Positions 56,573 through 64,000 of a DNA stretch of 64,000 nucleotides are shown here, piece by piece (within the stretch, counting starts at the first letter, position 1; each line of letters begins with the position of its first letter). This DNA is from an uncultured delta proteobacterium (lineage in GTDB: Bacteria; Myxococcota_A; Polyangia; Polyangiales; Polyangiaceae), in contig CAWJCS010000005.1 in assembly GCA_963841435.1 (NCBI GenBank), positions 512,001 to 576,000 on the forward strand, read 5' to 3'. The notes under the pieces were generated by a model. That model ran no database searches. It was not told where the DNA came from and was given only the letters and a program-made list of their open reading frames with translations. The position numbers were made by a program, and so were the translations under genes.

Positions 56573-58897
56573 ATGAGATTTTCGCACGGCATCTGGAGAA
56601 TGAGGGACGGCGTGCAGCCGTACTGGGCGGCGCGTGTGACGCGGCACTACGTCGAGCACGGCGAGCTCGTGCTCCGCTGCGTGCACAAGGGCGAGCCCAA
56701 GAACAATCTCAACAACTACGGCATGACCGTGCGGCTGAGCTCTCCCATGCCGGGGGTCGTCCGCCTGCGCGTGCAGCACCAGACCGGTCACAAGAAACTG
56801 GGACCGAACTTCGAGGTCACCGAAGATCGCAAGGACGGCGTCGCCGTGTCCGAGGATGCCGATGCGATCGTCTTCGACGCCGGCGGCGTCTCGGTGCGGA
56901 TCGGCAAGCTCCCCTTTTCGCTCACGTTCCTCGACGGGAAAAAGAAGCTCACGTTCACGCGCGACAACTCCGTCGGCGTGATGGACGTGGCCGGCGACCG
57001 CCCGCACGTGATGGCGCGCTTCTCGCTGGGTGTCGGCTCGCACGTTTACGGCGGAGGTGAGCGTTTCGGACCCCTGGTGCGCGACGGCCAAACCGTGAAT
57101 ATCTGGAACGAAGATCCCGGAACCGAGACCGACCAAGCCTACAAGAACATCTCATTTCTGCTGACGAATCAGGGGTTCGGGCTGTTTGCCCGCGACCCGG
57201 GCCGCGTGGACTTCGAGGTCATGACGGAGCGCGTCTCGGCCATCCAGCTGAGCGTCCCTGGCAGCGAGCTCGACGCGTACGTGATCGCCGGGCACACGCC
57301 CAAGCAGATCCTCGAGCGTTACACGGCGCTCACGGGTCGCCCGCCCTTGCCGCCGCAGTGGAGCTTTGGTCTGTGGCTGAGCACGTCGTTCTTGACTGAC
57401 TACGACGAAACGATCGTCGGTGGCCTCATCGACGGCATGTTCGAGCGCAAGATCCCGCTGAGTGTCTTCCACTTCGACTGCCTGTGGATGAAGGAGCACC
57501 ACTGGTGCGACTTCGAATGGGACGAAGCAAAGTTCCCCGATCCGAAGGCGATGCTCGACCGCCTCAAGCAGCGCGGCGTCAAGATCTGCGTCTGGATCAA
57601 CAGCTACGTCTCGGAGTTCTCGAAACTGTTCGACGAAGGTCGCGACCGTGGCTACTTTTTGAAGACGAAAGACGGCGACGTCTACCAGCGCAACGATTGG
57701 CAGCCGCAGATCGCCATCGTCGACTTCACGAATCCGGACGCCGTCGAGTGGTACCAGAGCAAGCTATTTTCCCTGATGGAACAGGGGGTCGACTGCTTCA
57801 AGACCGACTTCGGCGAGCGCATCCCGCCCGACGCCGTGCACGCCGACGGCTCGGACCCGGAGCGCATGCACAACTACTACCCGTTCCTCTACAACCAGGC
57901 CGTCTTCTCGCTGCTCGAGGAGAAGCGCGGCAAGGGCGAGGCCATCGTGTTCGCGCGCTCGGCCACGGCGGGCTGCCAGCGCTTTCCCGTGCACTGGGGC
58001 GGCGATTGCGACGCGCGCTTCGAGGCCATGGCGGAGACGCTGCGCGGCGGTCTCTCGTTCGGACTATCGGGTGGCGCATTCTGGAGCCACGACATCAGCG
58101 GCTTCAACATGACGGCGCCCCCCGCGCTCTACAAGCGCTGGGTCGCGTTCGGACTCTTGTCGAGCCACAGCCGACTGCACGGAGCGACGAGCTTACGGGT
58201 GCCCTGGGCGTTCGACGAAGAGTCCGTCGACGTGCTGCGCCACTTCACGAACCTGAAGCTCAAGCTGATGCCGTACGTCTGGGCCTGCGCCGTCGAAGCG
58301 CACGACCGTGGCCTGCCGCTCCTGCGCGCGATGCTGCTCGAATTTCCCGAAGATCCCGTCGCCGAGCTGCTCGACACGCAGTACACGTTCGGCCCGTCGC
58401 TGCTCGTCGCGCCCGTCTTCGACGAAGGCGGGAGCGTCCGCTACTACCTGCCGCCCGGCGAGTGGACGGATTTTTTCACGTCGGAGCTCGTCGCGGGGGG
58501 CCGCTTCGTGACCGAAACCGACGTGAGCTACTTTCGCATCCCGCTGTTCGTACGACAAAACACGCTGCTCACCGTCGGCGCCCGCGACGACCGCCCGGAC
58601 TACGACTTCATGGACGGGCTCGAGCTCGAGCTGTTCTCGCTCGCGGACGGCGCGGAGGCGAGCGCCGTCGTGCACGCCGTGAGCGGCGCCGAACGGGCGC
58701 GCTTCACGGCGACGCGCCACGGCTCGAGCGTCGAGGTCCGCGGGACGGCCGGCAAGGACCTCCACGTCCGCTTCCGGCAGAGTCAGCAGGCGCGTGTCAC
58801 GACGGGCGGCGCCGTGGTGGAAAGCGATGCGCACGGGACGCGCGTCGCCTGGGCGGACGCGACAAAACCATTGCAGGTCGTGCTCGCTTCCGGCTGA
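56573..58897 (+). CDS. yicI: Alpha-xylosidase, GH31
   Basis: WSFGLWLSTSF, FHFDCLWM, KTDFGERIP, WSHDI and SSHSRLHG motifs. Confidence 0.92.
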   Translation: MRFSHGIWRMRDGVQPYWAARVTRHYVEHGELVLRCVHKGEPKNNLNNYGMTVRLSSPMPGVVRLRVQHQTGHKKLGPNFEVTEDRKDGVAVSEDADAIVFDAGGVSVRIGKLPFSLTFLDGKKKLTFTRDNSVGVMDVAGDRPHVMARFSLGVGSHVYGGGERFGPLVRDGQTVNIWNEDPGTETDQAYKNISFLLTNQGFGLFARDPGRVDFEVMTERVSAIQLSVPGSELDAYVIAGHTPKQILERYTALTGRPPLPPQWSFGLWLSTSFLTDYDETIVGGLIDGMFERKIPLSVFHFDCLWMKEHHWCDFEWDEAKFPDPKAMLDRLKQRGVKICVWINSYVSEFSKLFDEGRDRGYFLKTKDGDVYQRNDWQPQIAIVDFTNPDAVEWYQSKLFSLMEQGVDCFKTDFGERIPPDAVHADGSDPERMHNYYPFLYNQAVFSLLEEKRGKGEAIVFARSATAGCQRFPVHWGGDCDARFEAMAETLRGGLSFGLSGGAFWSHDISGFNMTAPPALYKRWVAFGLLSSHSRLHGATSLRVPWAFDEESVDVLRHFTNLKLKLMPYVWACAVEAHDRGLPLLRAMLLEFPEDPVAELLDTQYTFGPSLLVAPVFDEGGSVRYYLPPGEWTDFFTSELVAGGRFVTETDVSYFRIPLFVRQNTLLTVGARDDRPDYDFMDGLELELFSLADGAEASAVVHAVSGAERARFTATRHGSSVEVRGTAGKDLHVRFRQSQQARVTTGGAVVESDAHGTRVAWADATKPLQVVLASG

Positions 58898-59138
58898 TTT
58901 CCTGACGGCGCGTTCCGGCACACGCTTCGACGACGCCATCAGCTCGCCGCCGCACTTGGGCGAGCAAAGCGCCTTCACGAGCAACCGCATCGCCGGGGTG
59001 CTGGCCCGAGCGGATCCGGTGCTCGACCGGATGCGCGTCTTTTCGCGCGAGCTCGGACCCGCCTGCCCCGGTACCGGGGCGCGCCAAAATTGCGTTTTTC
59101 TGCGCCCACCGTCGTTTTCGGGCTATCTCACCCGACAC

Positions 59139-60419
59139 TTGGGCCTCAGAGATCGCATCCGCGACCCGAACGTCTTCCGCGTCTACTGGGCGACGCTGCT
59201 GCTCGGCATCGCCTACGGCATGGCGCTGTCACGCTTCGCGTTGCTGCTCGGCTCGCGCGGCTTCGACGAAAGCGCCATCGGCACGCTCGGCGCATGGTTC
59301 GCCGGCGGCATCCTTGCGCTTTCGCTGCCGATGGGCGCGCTCATCCAGCGCTTCTCGGCCAAGGCGACGCTCGTCACGGCGCTCGCAGGGTACGCCGTCA
59401 GCGTCAGCGTGTTTCCGTTCCTGCCGTCGTACGCGGCCATCGCCCTCGTGCGCGTTTTCGATGGCGCGTGCTCCGTCGGCGTCTGGGTGAGCTCCGAGAC
59501 GATCCTTCTGTCTCGCTCGAGCAAGGACAACAAGGCGTTCGTCACGAGCCTTTATACGAACACGATCGCCGTCGGGTACATTCTCGGACCGCTCGCCGCG
59601 TACGGCCTCTTGAACCTCGCGCCACCGTGGGCTCCCTTCGTAGTGGCCGGGTTCATTGCGCTCGCGAGTAGCGCCTACGTCGCGCTCCGACTCGACGCCG
59701 AGCTGCCGGCGGGCACGCTGCACGATGTGCCATCGCCGGGCCCAGCGCGTGACGCTGCGCCCGTGAGCGCGCCGGAAGGCGAGGCCCCGACGTTGAGCGG
59801 CACGATCCTCGGGCGCATCAAGAACTCCTGCTACGGGACTTTCGCGTACGGCTATTTCCAGTCGAGCGTCGTGCTCTTCTTGCCGCTCTACATGAGCGTC
59901 GAAAAGGCCATTCCCGAGCAGAAGACGACGCTGAACCCCGCTTTCTTCGCCGCAGGCATGCTGCTCTTCGCAAACCCCTTCGGTCGCATCGGCGATCGCC
60001 ACGGTCATCTCAAGCTGATGCGTATCCTCGCGGTCATCGGCATGTCGATGATCCTCGGCTTCGTGTTCCTCGACCACTACGAGCCGATGGCCTTCGCCGT
60101 CTTCGTCGCGGGGGCTTCGCTCGCGAGCATTTCGCCACTCAGCCTTGCGCTGCAGGGCGTCGTCGTGTCGCGACGCGACTACCCACGGGCGAACGCGCTC
60201 TACAATGCGTTTTACGGCGCCGGCATGTTGCTCGGCCCGCCGATCTCGGGCCTGCTTTACGCGCGGTACGGCGGCGCGGCGATGCTCTATCACCTCGCGG
60301 CGCTCTGGCTGGGCTTCGTCCTGTTCTCGATCGTCTTTTACCGCGACGATCCGGCAGCACGCCCCGCCGTTGCTTCCCTCGAGGCCGGACGGAAAGATCC
60401 CGCGGTGACGGACGCCTGA
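59139..60419 (+). CDS. MFS transporter (start uncertain, TTG)
   Basis: About 12 TM segments, with GRIGDRHG and GMLLGPPISG motifs. Confidence 0.85.
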   Translation: MGLRDRIRDPNVFRVYWATLLLGIAYGMALSRFALLLGSRGFDESAIGTLGAWFAGGILALSLPMGALIQRFSAKATLVTALAGYAVSVSVFPFLPSYAAIALVRVFDGACSVGVWVSSETILLSRSSKDNKAFVTSLYTNTIAVGYILGPLAAYGLLNLAPPWAPFVVAGFIALASSAYVALRLDAELPAGTLHDVPSPGPARDAAPVSAPEGEAPTLSGTILGRIKNSCYGTFAYGYFQSSVVLFLPLYMSVEKAIPEQKTTLNPAFFAAGMLLFANPFGRIGDRHGHLKLMRILAVIGMSMILGFVFLDHYEPMAFAVFVAGASLASISPLSLALQGVVVSRRDYPRANALYNAFYGAGMLLGPPISGLLYARYGGAAMLYHLAALWLGFVLFSIVFYRDDPAARPAVASLEAGRKDPAVTDA

Positions 60420-60502
60420 GCACGCGGTGCGGCTGGCGCCCACCTGAACCTGGTAGACCGGACTCCAGAGCGCGCGCGGCTGAGCTAGAATGATGGTTCG
60501 TC

Positions 60503-62341
60503 GTGAGCGAACGAGGGCGCTTCTTTCCAACGGTCTCCGTGTCGCGGCAGCGCCTGTCTGGCGCGCTCGTGGCGTCGCTCGTCTGCACCGCGCTCGGTTG
60601 CTCGGGATCGATCGATGCGCCCGCAACCGGTAACGGCGTCACGTCGTCGGGCTCCGGCGCCACGAATGGCAACGGCTCCGGCGGCTCAGGCGCGACCGGC
60701 GGCAGCGCCGCGAGCGGCTCGGGCGCCACGGGCGGCTCCTCGGCCGCGACGGGCGGCTCCACCGGCACGACGGGCGGCTCCTCGGGGAGCGGCGGCTCCA
60801 CGACCGGCGGCTCGGCCGGCACGACGCCCGACCCCGCCTGCCAGACGGCCGCACCCGACACGGACGCCACCGTGCTGCGCCGCCTTTCGGCGCTCGAGTA
60901 CCAGCGCACCGTGCAGAGCCTCTTCCAACTCGGCGATCCGCCGAACGTCAACGGCATCCCACAGGACACCGAGCGCCTCGGCTTCAGGACGTACGCCGAG
61001 TTCCAGACCATGTCGTCGTCGAACCTCCGCGCGTATCTCGACGCGGCGACCGAGCTCGCCGACGCCCTGCTCGCCGACAGTCCGCGGCGCACGGCCGTCA
61101 TCGGCTGCCAGCCGAGCGCCGCGGGCTGCCTCGCGTCGTTCGTCGCGGATTTCGGCCGCCTCGCGTATCGCCGCGCCCTCGAGCAGACGGAAATCGACGC
61201 CATCGTGAGTGACGCCACGGCGAACGCCCTCGATGCCGACGATCAGATCCGCTTCGCCATCGAGGTGCTGCTCTCGTCGCCGAGCTTCCTTTTTCGCGTC
61301 GAAGTGGGCAACGCCCCCGAAGGTCTCTCGACGCTCACGGCCCCCGAGGTTGCCTCGCGCCTCAGCTTCGCCCTGCTCGGTCGCTCGCCTAGCGCCGAGC
61401 TGCTCGACGAGGCCGGCACGGGCGCGCTCGACACGCCCGAGGGGCTGAGCGCGGCCGCTACCGCCATGCTCGGTGATGCCGACGCCCAGAGCTTCTTCGC
61501 GTCGTTCTTCCGTCAGTGGCTGGGGTTCGGCACGCTGCGCGCCCCGGCCACGCCGCCCGCCGGTTGGTCCAACGCCCTCATGCCCGACATGCAGGCCGAG
61601 ACGGACGCGGTCGCGCGTGACTACGCCTGGGGCGGCCAGCGCTTCCTCGACGTGCTCACGACGAGCACGACGCACCTCACGCCCGCCCTCGCCACCTACT
61701 ACGGCCTGCCGGCGCCCGACACGAACGGCCTCGTCGCGATTCCCGCGGGCGACGTGCGCTACGGCTCGGGCCTCCTGACGCACATGAGCCTGCTCAGCGC
61801 CAAGAGCGACGGGGATCTCATCGCGATCCGCGGCAACTGGCTGCGCCGCACCTTCCTGTGCGAGGAGCTCTCCCCGCCCGCCGACCTTGCCGATCAGATT
61901 GGCGACCTCTTGGTCGGTCTCACGCGCACCGAGATCGTCACGACGCGAAACTCAATGGCCGAATGCCGCGGCTGCCATGCCGCCATCGATCCCATCGGCG
62001 TCGGCTTCGCCAAGTTCGATGCAACGGGCCGCTACGACGACACGATCGACGCGTCGGTCTTCGGGATACAGGCCGCGCTACCCGACGCCGACGACGCGCC
62101 GTTTTCGACGATCGCCGAGCTTTCCGCAAAGCTTCGCGCCATGCCCACGGTGCCCGAGTGCCTCACGAAGCGGGCGTTTCTCTACGTGAACGGCCGCGAG
62201 CCGACGGCGCTCGACGCGTGCACCGTAGCGGCCGCGTCCCAGGCGTTCGTCGCCGGCTCGGAAACCTTCCCCGCCCTGCTCGAAGGGCTCGTCGAGGCGC
62301 CGGCCTTCCGGCTCAGGAGGGCTCCCGCGGCGACGCCGTGA
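60503..62341 (+). CDS. DUF1592/DUF1588-type (PSD/PSCyt) lipoprotein with CxxCH
   Basis: LRRLS..EY, LAYRR, LSSPSFLFRVE, ASRLSF and CRGCHAAIDPIG motifs. Confidence 0.85.
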   Translation: MSERGRFFPTVSVSRQRLSGALVASLVCTALGCSGSIDAPATGNGVTSSGSGATNGNGSGGSGATGGSAASGSGATGGSSAATGGSTGTTGGSSGSGGSTTGGSAGTTPDPACQTAAPDTDATVLRRLSALEYQRTVQSLFQLGDPPNVNGIPQDTERLGFRTYAEFQTMSSSNLRAYLDAATELADALLADSPRRTAVIGCQPSAAGCLASFVADFGRLAYRRALEQTEIDAIVSDATANALDADDQIRFAIEVLLSSPSFLFRVEVGNAPEGLSTLTAPEVASRLSFALLGRSPSAELLDEAGTGALDTPEGLSAAATAMLGDADAQSFFASFFRQWLGFGTLRAPATPPAGWSNALMPDMQAETDAVARDYAWGGQRFLDVLTTSTTHLTPALATYYGLPAPDTNGLVAIPAGDVRYGSGLLTHMSLLSAKSDGDLIAIRGNWLRRTFLCEELSPPADLADQIGDLLVGLTRTEIVTTRNSMAECRGCHAAIDPIGVGFAKFDATGRYDDTIDASVFGIQAALPDADDAPFSTIAELSAKLRAMPTVPECLTKRAFLYVNGREPTALDACTVAAASQAFVAGSETFPALLEGLVEAPAFRLRRAPAATP

Positions 62342-62352
62342 GAACGACCACC

Positions 62353-63723
62353 ATGCGGATCCGACCTCTTTCCCGTCGCGCCATGCTCCGAGGCGCCGGT
62401 GCGTGCCTCGCGCTGCCGTTCCTCGACGCCATGCGGCCCGAACGCGCGAGCGCGCAGAGCGCCACGGTGCAGCGCTTCTTCGGCTTCTTCTACCCGAACG
62501 GCACCGATCCTTCGCGCTGGGATCCCACGCCCGGCGCGCTCAGCGCCTCGAATCTCACCGAGTGCCTCGTCAACCTCGGAGGCTTCGACGCCGAGGGCAT
62601 CTGGCCGGCCGGCAACGCCATCGTCAACGACGTGACGGTCGTCACGGGCATCGACCACTCGGGCGTCGCGGCGGACATCCACATCCCGTCGATGGCGTTC
62701 TCCGCGCACAAGGGCGCCGGCAACAACTACACGCCGTCGGCGCCGACGCTCGACCAGTACCTCGCCGACGATCTGCGCGGCGAAACCCCTTATCGGAACC
62801 TCGTGCTCTCGGCGACGTCGAGTTCGGACATCGCGCAGGGCACGCTCTCGTTCAAGGCCGGCGGCCAGCCCGACAGCGTCGTCCGCAACCCCAAGCAGCT
62901 CTTCGACACGCTGTTCAGCGGCGGCAGCGTCGGCACCATGAACGACCCGGCGGCCGACGCCGCCCGTAAGCGCCAGCAAAGCGTGCTCGACCTCGTGCGC
63001 GGCGACGCCCAGCGCCTGAGCGCGCGCCTCGGCGGCGCCGACAAGCAGCGCCTCGACCAGTACCTCGAGTCCGTCTACGAGCTCGAAGGCCAGGTGAACG
63101 CCACGCCGACGGTCTCCTGCACGGTGCCGAGCCAGCCCGCCTCGGGCGGCAACTGGCACAGCAAGGCCAAGCTCTTCATCGATCTTGCCGTGACGGCCAT
63201 GGCCTGCGACCTCACACGCGTCGTCATCCTGCAATACAGCGACAGCTGGGGCGTCAACTACAGCGATTACCCGCTCGGCTCGGGGACGGACGCGCTCAAG
63301 GACTGGAGCGACCACTTCATCTCCCACAAGCTCGACGACACGGATCGCGCGACCGACCTCGACGGCCTCGACCGCACGCAGGCCATGGCGATCGCCAACG
63401 CACGCGTCGTCACCACGTCACGCTTCAAAGTGCGCCGCTACGCCTACCTCGTGAACGCGCTGAAAAGCGTCCCCACGGCCAACGGCACGCTGCTCGACGA
63501 AAGCCTCGTCCTTTACGCCTCGGAGAACGGCGACGGCGACAGCCACGCCCGCAAGCGCATGCCGACGCTCATCGCGGGCCACGCGGGCGGTTTCGAAACG
63601 GGCCGCACCGTCAACGCCGCGAACAAGACGACGGGCGCCCTGCACGCCTCGCTCATCTCGCGCTACGGCCTCTCCGTTTCGAGCTATGGCGACCCGGCGG
63701 GAACGCCCATCGCCGAGCTCTAG
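62353..63723 (+). CDS. DUF1552-type Tat-secreted protein
   Basis: SRRAMLRGAG.CLALPFLDAM, YPNG, ACDLTRV, TLLDES and SH motifs. Confidence 0.85.
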   Translation: MRIRPLSRRAMLRGAGACLALPFLDAMRPERASAQSATVQRFFGFFYPNGTDPSRWDPTPGALSASNLTECLVNLGGFDAEGIWPAGNAIVNDVTVVTGIDHSGVAADIHIPSMAFSAHKGAGNNYTPSAPTLDQYLADDLRGETPYRNLVLSATSSSDIAQGTLSFKAGGQPDSVVRNPKQLFDTLFSGGSVGTMNDPAADAARKRQQSVLDLVRGDAQRLSARLGGADKQRLDQYLESVYELEGQVNATPTVSCTVPSQPASGGNWHSKAKLFIDLAVTAMACDLTRVVILQYSDSWGVNYSDYPLGSGTDALKDWSDHFISHKLDDTDRATDLDGLDRTQAMAIANARVVTTSRFKVRRYAYLVNALKSVPTANGTLLDESLVLYASENGDGDSHARKRMPTLIAGHAGGFETGRTVNAANKTTGALHASLISRYGLSVSSYGDPAGTPIAEL

Positions 63724-63880
63724 GCGGAGCCTCGACGCGCCTTGCCGCGTTCCGACGCTCGCCCGACCTGAACGACCTCTTGGCGCAAAAAGACGTGGCC
63801 GGGTCCTGCTCGAAGCGTTCGTGCCACACGACGCGCGTCGGGTAGCGCGGCAGGGGCAGCGGGACGCGGTGGACGATCTC

Positions 63881-64000
63881 TCACTCCACGTTCACGTCGA
63901 AGCTCCGGAACACCGCGCCCCCGCGCTGATCATTGACGGTGACCCACAGCCGCACGACGCCGACCGGGCTCGCGGGAGCGCGGAACGAGCCTGAATAGTC
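63881..64000 (-). CDS. 3' end of a hypothetical protein running off the window
   Basis: Minus frame from 64000 reads DYSGSFRAP...VRLWVTVNDQRGGAVFRSFDVNVE followed by a stop at 63881. Confidence 0.55.
   Translation of the reverse strand, partial: DYSGSFRAPASPVGVVRLWVTVNDQRGGAVFRSFDVNVE

Overview
High-GC (roughly 70% by eye) window that looks myxobacterial (Polyangiaceae/Sorangiineae-like), inferred from MYXO-CTERM tails, Gly-rich lipoproteins and a DUF1592/DUF1552 pair. It holds about 50 CDS: housekeeping genes (aat, cysD/cysNC, DAHP synthase, GH31 alpha-xylosidase), three partial oligopeptide ABC modules, a 12-kb glycosylation island (25-37.5 kb) and many secreted proteins. No rRNA, tRNA, CRISPR array or intact transposase was recognised. 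Best candidate for a novel system: a PlpX/splicease-type radical SAM-SPASM gene (12685-14031) translationally coupled to a zinc-ribbon-leader lipoprotein with two YGxPP motifs (11921-12688). This suggests backbone splicing (beta-keto amide formation) of a cell-surface protein rather than of a small RiPP. Other highlights: an OppF ATPase fused to a TM helix plus a GspG pseudopilin-like domain, hidden by a frameshift; four +1 frameshifts that all sit in the same CGTC->CGTTC context; a 197-bp CTAG-flanked MITE; a P460-like lipoprotein with a contracted CXCH motif; a degenerate APS-kinase domain; and an LPMO-like His-brace MYXO-CTERM protein. All family assignments come from motif recognition by eye; no database search was run.
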